Of a stretch of 24,000 nucleotides of DNA, positions 1-7,949 are shown piece by piece. The stretch comes from Aetokthonos hydrillicola CCALA 1050 (GTDB taxonomy: Bacteria; Cyanobacteriota; Cyanobacteriia; Cyanobacteriales; Nostocaceae). The notes beneath the pieces were generated by a model. The model worked only from the letters and a program-made list of their open reading frames with translations, did no database searches and was not told the DNA's origin. Within the stretch, counting starts at the first letter, position 1, and the number at the start of each line of letters is the position of its first letter. The stretch spans positions 126,487 through 150,486 of the forward strand of contig NZ_JAAKGC010000002.1 in the NCBI RefSeq assembly GCF_017591665.1. Direction: 5' to 3'. The position numbers were made by a program, and so were the translations under genes.

Positions 1-456
1 GTTCCGAACTACAGTCACATCATAGCTAACCAATGTCATGAAATGCATGGTCTGCCAGAATGTTTTGGTACAGGAGGGTTAATTAGAACTGGTGACGCTT
101 GGATTGGTAGAGTTGTAAAGCAAATTACAAGTTCTAGTCTCTGGAATTCGCCCGGCAACAATGCGATTATTATTACATGGGACGAGGATAACAATCCACG
201 AGACAAAACAGGGACTCAAGGATGCTGTGGATTTGACCCCAAAAGTTATGCTAACTTTGGTGGTGGACAGATCCCTACGATTGTCATTACCAATCATGGA
301 CCGCGTGGGGTGGTAGATAACACTCCTTACAATCACTACTCTTTGCTACGAACAACTGAAGACGCTTTTGGAATTAGCGAATACCTTAATGAAGCGGGTA
401 ACACAAAGAATGGAGTTAAGCCAATGACCGCTCTATTTGCTACCAAATCTAAATAG
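1..456 (+). CDS. Phosphoesterase-family protein (PlcN/AcpA type), C-terminal part; 5' end lies outside the window
   Basis: Frame 1 is open from base 1 (VPNYSHIIANQCHEMHG...) to the TAG at 454-456. Motifs NYSxIxxNxCxxMHG, GDAWIG and IIITWDEDN resemble the Pfam PF04185 phosphoesterase family as I remember it. The listed ORF 43-456 is the same frame from an internal Met. Confidence 0.55.
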   Translation, partial: VPNYSHIIANQCHEMHGLPECFGTGGLIRTGDAWIGRVVKQITSSSLWNSPGNNAIIITWDEDNNPRDKTGTQGCCGFDPKSYANFGGGQIPTIVITNHGPRGVVDNTPYNHYSLLRTTEDAFGISEYLNEAGNTKNGVKPMTALFATKSK

Positions 457-779
457 ATTGATTAAGTTAGAATAGAAATATATTCTAGAAGAAATTTAAT
501 TCCCAAACCCCAAGCGGAGAATATCATGAAAACATGAATGCTTATGCGCGAATGGGAGTTTTGTATTTTGTTATTTACAATCCTGATTTTTGGCGCAGAG
601 ATTCAGTCACTGCAAGTTGTAACAGCACATCCCACATTGGTGCCGAATATAAAGTATTGGCATCAAGAAGGGCGGAATCATGAGATGGCGATGCCAAAGG
701 CGGGCTACGCCTACGCTACCTGGGGACTTTCCACGCAAGGCAAGCCAGTGTACACATATTTCCGCAACTGGCGCTCATG

Positions 780-1170
780 TCGGGACATGATGCGATCGCG
801 TTCTGTGCTAAGCTATCTCAACGGACAGGTAAAACCTATCGTTTACCAAGTGAAGCAGAGTGGGAATATGCTTGTTGTGCTGGGATAACTACCCCGTTTT
901 ATTTTGGCGAGACGATTACTACTGATTTAGCGAATTATAACGGTGACTGTATTGGTCTATTTTTATTATTAAAAATTTACAATACTTATCCAAAAGGCGT
1001 TTACCGCCAGCAAACAACCGAAGTAGGAAAATTTCCACCAAATGCTTGCGGTTTATATGATATGCATGGTAATGTATGGGGACGTTGTTAAGATACCTGG
1101 TATTATAAATATCAAGGTGCGTCAGATGACAGCGGTGCATGGATGAACGATACTAATAATAATTATTAAT
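780..1170 (+). pseudogene. Decayed fragment of an FGE-sulfatase (SUMF1/EgtB/PvdO-type, C-type-lectin fold) domain gene; third paralogous copy
   Basis: Nucleotide-level similarity to about 10300-10661 and 3565-3920 (translated DAIAFCAKLSQRTGKTYRLPSEAEWEYAC...GVYRQQTTEVGKFPPNACGLYDMHGN). It lacks the N-terminal half and the C-terminal end. It carries a ~24-nt longer replacement around 949-990 and a premature TAA at 1089-1091 (WEWCQD became WGRC*). Confidence 0.8.
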
Positions 1171-1173
1171 AAT

Positions 1174-2841
1174 ATGTTTTTGATCCTTACAGGCACTCCG
1201 CAACCGATAGGCTCGGCATCAGCTAAACTACAACAACCATTATTCTTAATTCCTACTTCGGGAGAAATTACCTCTTTTGGAAGCACCTTGGTGATTTCTC
1301 TGCTCATAGCGTTGTTGAGCTACGTGGCAATATTTTATGGGTTGCGCCTACTATTTCGTCGATGGCAAAACGAAATAGGGCTTGTCACTTTAAATATTTC
1401 GCAAATTCCTGTATTAGCAATCCTGATACTTTTTAGCCTCAAAACCTCTTTTCAGAGATTGTCTCAAACGATAGTTCTTGAGTGGACTGACCGTCTATTA
1501 ACGGCTTTGATGGTAGCAGCGGTAAGTTATTGGGTTGCTCAGCTATTTACTCAAGTTATTGGTTACTACTTGAAAAAGTATGCACAACAAAGTGAGGCAA
1601 TGTGGGATGATGTCTTGATTCCACTTTTAGAAGGTGTCGTTCCAGTTATAGTATACTTGTTCGGTATCTTCTTGTTCTTACAATCATTTAATATTGATTT
1701 AACTGGAATTTGGGTAGCTTTGGGTGGTGCTACATTTGTAATAGGTTTTGCACTTAAGGATATCTTAGCCAATTTCTTTAGTGGTTTAGTCTTGTTAATT
1801 GATACACCCTTTCAATTCGGAGATGTCATCTCTCTACCAAACGGTTCACTCGCAGTTATTAAAAAAGTTGGTATTCGATTAACCAACTTATTTCTTATTG
1901 AGAACCATTGTGAGTTATTCATACCAAATGGTTCTTTAGAAAGCCAAAACATCATGAATCTGAGTCGTCCTGGACCTTTTTATTACTATTCTCTTCATTT
2001 GCCTCTTAGAGCAGATACTGCTCCAGATAAAGCAAAGAAAATTATTAGCGAAGTTATCTTGGCACATCCAGATACTTTGGGGAATATTGATGAGAAGCTT
2101 AGAGTCTTAGATACTTATTATGAATTTGAAAATAACGAGTTTAGTGACTATAAACGGTCTAAGAAAGAAGCCGGAAAGCGACGATTAATAGCAGAAAGAC
2201 ATTTGAATAATAAGCTTATAGAAATCAAACAAACACTTCAAGATTTAGCAGATAAAATTCAAATGTTTGAAAAGGGTGGATTGGATATAGAAGAATCAAG
2301 AACAATTCAAAATTACTATCTGGATATTACCACAAGTATTGGTTTAGAAGTGATGAAAGAGCGTTCTGGCAAACGGCGTTTGTTGAGCCTCGAAGAATCG
2401 CAGATCCTAGAAAATACACTCATAGGGTTGGTGAGAAATTGGTATAAAATTTGGTCACAAGATCCAGATTTAATAGAGGAAGATCCCTATTTCTTGGAGG
2501 AAGAATGGGAGAGAAAAATTCAGTTACTTAAGCGAAGAATAAATAAAGTCTTTATCAAAATTTCGCAACCAAGTATTGATGAACAAAGACTAGATGATTA
2601 TACATTGAGTATAATCAGATGGCTGAATCAAAATTTCAAAAGTACCCAACCAGTTTGGCAGGATCCTAAAGTTTGGGCTGATGGAATAAGAATAGCAGAC
2701 ACTATCGCCACTATGGACTACGTCGTGAAATTTTACGTTGATAATATTAAGTTAGAACAATGTCAACGTGGAAACCGAATCAAAAGTGAAGTTCAAGGAG
2801 AACTGATTCGGCAAATGAAACAACTCTATATCTATCGTTAA
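1174..2841 (+). CDS. Mechanosensitive ion channel family protein (MscS-like) with a long C-terminal extension
   Basis: 555-aa ORF with several N-terminal hydrophobic helices, then the MscS pore/beta-domain signature GGATFVIGFALKDILANFFSGLVLLIDTPFQFGDVI (PF00924-like). The exact start is uncertain. Confidence 0.8.
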   Translation: MFLILTGTPQPIGSASAKLQQPLFLIPTSGEITSFGSTLVISLLIALLSYVAIFYGLRLLFRRWQNEIGLVTLNISQIPVLAILILFSLKTSFQRLSQTIVLEWTDRLLTALMVAAVSYWVAQLFTQVIGYYLKKYAQQSEAMWDDVLIPLLEGVVPVIVYLFGIFLFLQSFNIDLTGIWVALGGATFVIGFALKDILANFFSGLVLLIDTPFQFGDVISLPNGSLAVIKKVGIRLTNLFLIENHCELFIPNGSLESQNIMNLSRPGPFYYYSLHLPLRADTAPDKAKKIISEVILAHPDTLGNIDEKLRVLDTYYEFENNEFSDYKRSKKEAGKRRLIAERHLNNKLIEIKQTLQDLADKIQMFEKGGLDIEESRTIQNYYLDITTSIGLEVMKERSGKRRLLSLEESQILENTLIGLVRNWYKIWSQDPDLIEEDPYFLEEEWERKIQLLKRRINKVFIKISQPSIDEQRLDDYTLSIIRWLNQNFKSTQPVWQDPKVWADGIRIADTIATMDYVVKFYVDNIKLEQCQRGNRIKSEVQGELIRQMKQLYIYR

Positions 2842-3038
2842 TGAATTCTTCAGAGTTTAGCAATGCATAGCCACGGCTAATGTCTAATTCTTCCGTGACT
2901 TCAGCCAAGGAGGTTTGACGGAAGAATTCTGATAGTTTAGTTGGTTGATCTGAGTGGGTGTTTTTATTATGAAATGCTAATTCGATACTTTCCCTCTTAT
3001 CACGAAGAGCATCTGAAGGTAGTCCATTACGAGATCAC

Positions 3039-4061
3039 TTGTTGTTAAGCTTTATGACAGAACAGCCAAAACTCGCTGTTGAGGTGCTAGATAGTTTCGG
3101 TCATTTACTAGAAAACCAAAAAAGAAGCACTCCACAGACTAGAAAATTAACTCGCCGACAGTTTATCAAAGGGGTTGGTTTTGCTAGTGCAGGATTGCTA
3201 GGAGTAATAACGCTGCAGCGAGTGTTTCAGGAGAATCTGCAGCAGTTTGAATTTCAGGTAGTGAAGGTGGATGCAACAGGAAAAATTATCAAGAGCAACA
3301 CTAGTAGCGCAAATTTCTTTACTGAAGATTTGGGCAATGGTGTCACTTTGGATATGGTGGAAATTCCTGGGGGTAAGTTTGTTATGGGTTCCCCGTCAAC
3401 AGAAAAGGATAGATCTGATTCTGAACGTCCACAGCACAATGTTACAATTAAACCTTTTTATATAGGCAAGTTTACCATTACCCAACAGCAATATCAGGCA
3501 GTTATGGGGAAAAATCCCTCCAACTTCAAAGGAGAAAAACGACCTGTTGAACAAGTAAGCTGGGATGATGCGATCGCGTTCTGTGATAAACTATCTCAAA
3601 GGACAGGTAAAACCTATCGGCTACCAAGTGAAGCTGAGTGGGAATATGCTTGTCGTGCTCTTACAACTACCCCGTTTTATTTTGGTGAGACAATTACTAC
3701 GGATTTAGCGAATTATTACGGTAGCTCAACTTATGCATCTGAACCAAAAGGCGTTTACCGTCAGCAAACAACCGAAGTAGGAAAATTTCCACCAAACGCT
3801 TGGGGTTTATATGATATGCATGGTAATATATGGGAGTGGTGTCAAGATACCTGGCATGATAGCTATGAAGGTGCGCCGGTTGACGGCACTGCATGGGTGA
3901 GCGATGATAAAAATAATACACTACATCTGCTGCGGGGTGGTGCTTGGAACAACGTTCCGAGAATATGCCGAACAATAGATCGCGATTGGTTCGCGCGCGA
4001 CTACTCGGACAGCAATGTAGGTTTTCGCGTGGTTGCGGTTAGTGCAGCCAGGACTGTTTAG
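3039..4061 (+). CDS. Standalone FGE-sulfatase-domain protein with Tat-like signal/anchor; paralog of the C-terminal module of the 956-aa protein
   Basis: 340-aa ORF. RLPSEAEWEYACR, GLYDMHGNIWEWCQD and LLRGGAW...GFRVV are typical of PF03781/CLec-fold domains. TRRQFIKGVGFASAGLLGV fits the twin-arginine consensus (S/T-R-R-x-F-L-K plus a hydrophobic stretch). The start is either TTG 3039 or ATG 3054, and an in-frame TGA lies at 2970-2972. Confidence 0.8.
   Translation: MLLSFMTEQPKLAVEVLDSFGHLLENQKRSTPQTRKLTRRQFIKGVGFASAGLLGVITLQRVFQENLQQFEFQVVKVDATGKIIKSNTSSANFFTEDLGNGVTLDMVEIPGGKFVMGSPSTEKDRSDSERPQHNVTIKPFYIGKFTITQQQYQAVMGKNPSNFKGEKRPVEQVSWDDAIAFCDKLSQRTGKTYRLPSEAEWEYACRALTTTPFYFGETITTDLANYYGSSTYASEPKGVYRQQTTEVGKFPPNAWGLYDMHGNIWEWCQDTWHDSYEGAPVDGTAWVSDDKNNTLHLLRGGAWNNVPRICRTIDRDWFARDYSDSNVGFRVVAVSAARTV
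3927..4061 (+). other. VR-like hypervariable 3' end of the standalone paralog
   Basis: It corresponds to 10670-10804. In the 24 codons between W and GFR, 14 differ from the other copy, mostly in codon positions 1-2. This copy keeps more AAC/AAT codons (aac aac ... aat). Confidence 0.6.
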
Positions 4062-4184
4062 CACTTTATTAATTCTTCCAAGCGGCTAAACTTCTCTAGT
4101 AAACCTAACATTGTTACTGCTCCAACATTCCTTTAATTTTAACTATGAAGTGATGCACCTATCTTTCTGTTAGGTAAACTTGAC

Positions 4185-4547
4185 GCGATCGCTCCCAACA
4201 TAGATATTCGTGGTAAAATACAGCAAGCTGACCTCAAACGCTCAGCAAAAAGTCTCAATCCTGACGGATGGCGACGAGTTAACAACAGCCCGAATCCTTT
4301 TAAAAGCTTGCAGCGCTACTTGGGAGTAATACCGTTTCTTTATGAAGCTGCATTTATGAACCCCCCGGCTGCGCCGTCCCCCCTTACCAAGGGGGGACTA
4401 CAGGGGGGTAAAGTTATGTGCGTCTTCATATAAAATTGGGAGTAGCACCAGAGCAAGGGGAAAAAGCTGTTTCGGTGATTGGGTTTTGAAGAGAAACAGA
4501 CAGAAGATTGCGGAAAATTGTATGCTCAGCTTGTATTAAGGCTTGAA
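4185..4547. repeat. Left copy of a 198-bp direct repeat (4185-4299 + 4465-4547), interrupted by a 165-bp insertion
   Basis: gcgatcgctcccaacatagatattcgtggt.aaatacagcaagctgacctcaaacg... and ...agctgtttcggtgattgggttttgaa.agaaacagacagaagattgcggaaaa...cttgtattaaggcttgaa recur, near-identical, at 15983-16180. Confidence 0.9.
4329..4435. mobile_element. MITE-like palindromic element (copy A), possibly flanked by a 9-bp duplication TTGGGAGTA
   Basis: Imperfect terminal inverted repeats (tttatgaagctgcat / atgtgcgtcttcata) and a G/C palindromic core (ccccttaccaagggg). ttgggagta occurs at 4320-4328 and 4436-4444. The element is absent from the other copy of the 198-bp repeat. A related element lies at 5583-5688. 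Confidence 0.6.
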
Positions 4548-4570
4548 CGTTAGTAAATTTTCCTATCTTC

Positions 4571-5563
4571 ATGAAACCCGCGAAAAAAATATTAATGTTA
4601 TCAGCAAATCCTAAGAACACAAATCCTTTACGCTTAGGGGAAGAAGCACGGAAAATTCAAGAAGCGTTGAAACTAGCTAAACATCGAGATGAGTTTGAAA
4701 TTGCGACTTCTTGGGCAGTACGAGTAGAAGATTTACGCCGTGCAATGATAGACTATCAACCGAATATCATTCATTTTTCCGGACATGGAGTGGGAGCAGA
4801 GGGTTTGGCATTTGAAGATAATTCTGGGATGACGCAGTTGGTGAGCAGCGAGGCTATAGCAAGTTTATTTGAATTGTTTCGTGGAACAGTTGAGTGTGTC
4901 CTACTTAACGCCTGCTATAGCGAAGTTCAAGCACAAGCAATTCACCAGCACGTTGATCACGTAATTGGGATGAATCAGTCAATTGGGGACGTAGCTGGAA
5001 TTGAATTTACTATTGGCTTTTATGATGCTTTGGGTGCTGGAGAAAGCTATGACTATGCTTTTAGGATGGGGTGTAATGCTATTCAGCTAAAAGCTAGCCA
5101 GGAAAATTCAACACCAGTCATTAAATCTAGACCATCTTCTGTTTCTGTTAAAAAAGCTGTAAAATCCGATGTTATGTCTGAAAAAAAATCACAACAAAAA
5201 TCCAGTGAGGGAATTGTCTTTAACATTAGCGGTGCTAAAATAGGCGGTGGGATACAAGCTGTACAGGGTGATAACAATCTACAAAGCATGACTAACTATG
5301 CAGCTATTGAACAAAAGTTAAATCTTGCAGAAGTTGCAAAAGAAATTCAACAACTTTTGCAAAAAATAGAAAATTCAAATCCTGCCACAACGAGATTAGA
5401 AAAACTAATGATTGTTACTAAAGCTGTTGAACACATTGAAAATAATTCAGCCTTGAAAGCGCGTGTATTAGAATTAATCAACGCAGATAGAAAAGAAGCT
5501 TTAAAAAAAGAAATTAACCACCCGTTAGCAAAGATTGTACTAGAATCTATAGAAGATTTGTAA
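4571..5563 (+). CDS. Caspase/CHAT-like protease-fold protein (predicted effector) with a Ser/Lys-rich linker and helical C-terminus
   Basis: 330-aa ORF. The N-terminal ~170 aa carry the His...Cys arrangement of clan-CD peptidases: NIIHFSGHG (H68/H72), then ~40 residues later VLLNACYS (C115). This is the widespread cyanobacterial ILxLxANP...RL..E.R.I...L N-terminal module. It is the first gene of a co-directional cluster. Confidence 0.6.
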   Translation: MKPAKKILMLSANPKNTNPLRLGEEARKIQEALKLAKHRDEFEIATSWAVRVEDLRRAMIDYQPNIIHFSGHGVGAEGLAFEDNSGMTQLVSSEAIASLFELFRGTVECVLLNACYSEVQAQAIHQHVDHVIGMNQSIGDVAGIEFTIGFYDALGAGESYDYAFRMGCNAIQLKASQENSTPVIKSRPSSVSVKKAVKSDVMSEKKSQQKSSEGIVFNISGAKIGGGIQAVQGDNNLQSMTNYAAIEQKLNLAEVAKEIQQLLQKIENSNPATTRLEKLMIVTKAVEHIENNSALKARVLELINADRKEALKKEINHPLAKIVLESIEDL

Positions 5564-5582
5564 AAAATCAGTGTTTATACCA

Positions 5583-5688
5583 ATTTTCTGTGAAGCTGCA
5601 CATTATTTTTACCCCTCCTAACCTCCCCTTTCCAAGGGGAGGAAAGAAGGCGGTGGGTTTCTTTCTACACGTCTTCACATAAAAATGG
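5583..5688. mobile_element. MITE-like palindromic element (copy B), same family as 4329-4435
   Basis: ataccaattttctgtgaagctgcac...cccctttccaagggg...gtcttcacataaaaatggtat. The termini and core are similar to copy A. It lies in the intergenic space after the protease gene and could also act as a hairpin terminator. Confidence 0.55.
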
Positions 5689-5730
5689 TATTAAGTGATA
5701 ACTGCTAACTGTTGACGAGTGGTGCATTCT

Positions 5731-5758
5731 GACTCCTGACTCCTGACTCCTGACTCCT
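5731..5758. repeat. Heptamer tandem repeat (GACTCCT)x4
   Basis: Read directly from the sequence. The same heptamer forms the arms of the hairpin element at 11092-11310. It is an STRR-like cyanobacterial repeat class. Confidence 0.9.
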
Positions 5759-5820
5759 TTTTATACTATATCTCTCATCAATTATCTTGAGTTTCTAGTA
5801 TCTTTAACGCAAACTGATAA

Positions 5821-6960
5821 ATGAGTAACAATTTACCCCCTGAAGATAATTTACCACTCATTAAAGACTCAAATATTGAATTCCAGGCAAAAAATTCCAC
5901 AATTGATGGTGGAGTAAAAGTTATTCAGGGGAACGACAATATCCAGATTCACCAGGTTGTTGTTGGAAAGGTCACCTTTGAAAGTAGTATTCGGAAGCAT
6001 GTAAAACGACCTCGTTCTGAACAGGAACCTCCCTCTCTGCTGCCATATTTAGTAAATAGAAAAGAACAGGAAGAGGAGTTAGAAAACGCAGTTAAACTGT
6101 TGTTGAAACAAGTCCATCCTCGCCCTCTAGTTTGCATTATTCATGGTAGCGAATTTCAAGGTCATTATCAATTTTTAAAGCGGTTGCAAAAATCCTTTCT
6201 GCCAAGATTTTTAAAATTAGATCCAACCCAGAAGGTACAGGAATACTGTCTCGAGTGGCCGACTGGATTAAAAAATTTAGATCTACTGAAGGATCGGTTA
6301 TGCAAAAATCTAGTAACCAAAGTTCTAGGTCATGATTTTGATTGTCCGGAAGAAATTAATGCTACTTTAAAAGAAATAAATGCAAGCTTCTGCAAATACC
6401 CTAGTCCAATTGTCATTGATACTCATATACGTACTCAAGACTGGCAGCAGCAAGGATTTGAAATATTAAATAAACTGTTGGAGTTTTGGGACAATTGGCC
6501 TGATCTTATTCCAGGACAGAGACTCATAGTCTGTGTATTTATTAAATACACTATCTATCTGCACAAACATACTGAAGAATTTTCGTTTCCACGGATTTTC
6601 AATTGCTTGCCCAGTTTGTACAAGCGGCATTACTATCAAAGTATAAATAAAAAGATTTCAAAAGTACTTAATAAATCAAAAAATAAACATTTTAATCGCT
6701 TATCGTATACTATCTTGTCAGAATTGAAAAATATTAACATAATGCATGTTGAACACTGGGTACGCGATAAAGAAACGAAACAGTTTGTTGGTGAGGAGAA
6801 GACTCAGAAACTGATTAATGACGTAACACTTATGTTTAATCATTGGGGAAAGGACACAATTCCTATGGATGATTTAGCTGATGAGTTAACTCGCCTACTA
6901 AAGTCACTAAAAGTTACTAATTATACTCATGATAAGAAAAAGCCTAATAGGAGCAAATAG
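5821..6960 (+). CDS. Hypothetical protein; possible inactive STAND-like / vWA-MoxR-associated adaptor
   Basis: 379-aa ORF. LPYLVNRKEQEEELENAV...RPLVCIIHGSEFQGHYQFLKRL sits where a STAND NTPase would have its Walker A, but no GxxxxGK[ST] is present. It ends 2 nt before the AAA+ gene, with an AGGAG 10 nt upstream of that start. The family assignment is inference only. Confidence 0.35.
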   Translation: MSNNLPPEDNLPLIKDSNIEFQAKNSTIDGGVKVIQGNDNIQIHQVVVGKVTFESSIRKHVKRPRSEQEPPSLLPYLVNRKEQEEELENAVKLLLKQVHPRPLVCIIHGSEFQGHYQFLKRLQKSFLPRFLKLDPTQKVQEYCLEWPTGLKNLDLLKDRLCKNLVTKVLGHDFDCPEEINATLKEINASFCKYPSPIVIDTHIRTQDWQQQGFEILNKLLEFWDNWPDLIPGQRLIVCVFIKYTIYLHKHTEEFSFPRIFNCLPSLYKRHYYQSINKKISKVLNKSKNKHFNRLSYTILSELKNINIMHVEHWVRDKETKQFVGEEKTQKLINDVTLMFNHWGKDTIPMDDLADELTRLLKSLKVTNYTHDKKKPNRSK

Positions 6961-6962
6961 AT

Positions 6963-7949
6963 ATGAAATTTCCATTCTACAGAGGTGATGGAACTCGACA
7001 GCAGTATGAATCGCCAGCAAAACTACCTATCTCTAGGCGTTCTCTACTACTGAAGCCAGAATATTACATTGCTGATCTAGGACTTAAAGATGCTTGTAAT
7101 GTAGCCCTCTTATTGGGACAACCCCTTCTGCTTACGGGAGAACCCGGAACTGGAAAGACTCAATTTGCCTACAGTCTTGCATGGGAACTTGGTTTCGATC
7201 CACCATTAAAGTTTGAAACTAAGTCTACTAGTACCGCTCGGGATCTTTTCTATACCTATGATGCATTGAAACGTTTCCAAGATGCCCAAAGCGGTGTTTT
7301 ATCAAGCCCCTTGGATTATATCACCTACCAAGCTCTGGGGCTGGCGATTTTACTAACCCGAGATCCGGCTGAGGTTGAGCAAATCTTACCATCAAATTTC
7401 GCACATCCTGGCAAAGTACGCTCTGTTATTTTAATTGATGAAATTGATAAAGCTCCTCGTGACTTCCCAAATGATCTGCTCAATGAACTGGAACACATGT
7501 ATTTTCGTATTCCAGAGTTAGGAAATAAAATAATTGAAACTGATCCAGCACTCCAACCCATTGTAATTATTACCAGCAATACTGAAAAGGATTTGCCAGA
7601 TGCCTTTCTACGGCGTTGCATTTATTATGATATTCCCTTCCCAGAGCATGAGAGACTTGCAGAAATTATTGCCAACCGCCTTGGACTTTATAATGGTAGC
7701 AGCAATCCATTTTTACAAGATGCTCTTGACTTATTTTATCAATTACGTTCCCCTCAAAGTGGTTTAAGGAAAAAACCTGCAACAGCTGAACTATTAGGTT
7801 GGCTCTTGGCTCTAAAAACCGTTGCTGGTGATACACCTAATCCCTTAGATAAATTAGATCTGGTTCAAGCTACCCTCAGTAGCTTAGTCAAAACTTCCGA
7901 AGATCAAGAAAAAGCTAGACAACTTGTAAAGCAATGGATGCTGCAATAG
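6963..7949 (+). CDS. MoxR-like AAA+ ATPase (AAA_5-type)
   Basis: 328-aa ORF with Walker A LLLTGEPGTGKT, Walker B VILIDEIDKA and sensor region IVIITSNTEKDLPDAFLRRC. It overlaps the downstream gene by 16 nt. Confidence 0.8.
   Translation: MKFPFYRGDGTRQQYESPAKLPISRRSLLLKPEYYIADLGLKDACNVALLLGQPLLLTGEPGTGKTQFAYSLAWELGFDPPLKFETKSTSTARDLFYTYDALKRFQDAQSGVLSSPLDYITYQALGLAILLTRDPAEVEQILPSNFAHPGKVRSVILIDEIDKAPRDFPNDLLNELEHMYFRIPELGNKIIETDPALQPIVIITSNTEKDLPDAFLRRCIYYDIPFPEHERLAEIIANRLGLYNGSSNPFLQDALDLFYQLRSPQSGLRKKPATAELLGWLLALKTVAGDTPNPLDKLDLVQATLSSLVKTSEDQEKARQLVKQWMLQ

Noticed and set aside
538-888. 116-aa ORF upstream of and overlapping the decayed FGE-sulfatase fragment
   Set aside because: It runs from dispersed-repeat-derived sequence (MPKAGYAYA from ggcgggctacgcctacgc) into an off-frame reading of the pseudogene. 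It has no recognisable domain and is most likely not a gene.
2842-3038. Minus-strand open frame (...KLSEFFRQTSLAEVTEELDISRGYALLNSEEFINDRY...) plus an 11-bp-stem hairpin (aattcttccgt 2886-2896 / acggaagaatt 2918-2928)
   Set aside because: The frame has no start codon, overlaps the mscS 3' end, and I do not recognise a family. It may be a gene remnant. The hairpin has a 21-nt loop and no T-run, so I do not call it a terminator.
3254-3975. Antisense and alternative-frame ORFs inside the standalone FGE-sulfatase gene (3254-3439 -, 3271-3465 +, 3697-3975 -), with equivalents at 9967-10218 - and 10434-10634 -
   Set aside because: They are shadow ORFs of a well-supported gene. The same shadows recur in both paralogs simply because the DNA is duplicated.
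4185-4547. The 198-bp direct repeat as a tRNA/tmRNA-derived att site
   Set aside because: I could see no cloverleaf-like or tRNA-like sequence in either copy, and no integrase is present. The att interpretation is kept only as a hypothesis in the findings.
4426-4620. 64-aa minus-strand ORF spanning the MITE edge, the direct repeat and the protease gene start
   Set aside because: It is built from repeat and 5'-UTR sequence antisense to a supported gene, with no coding features.
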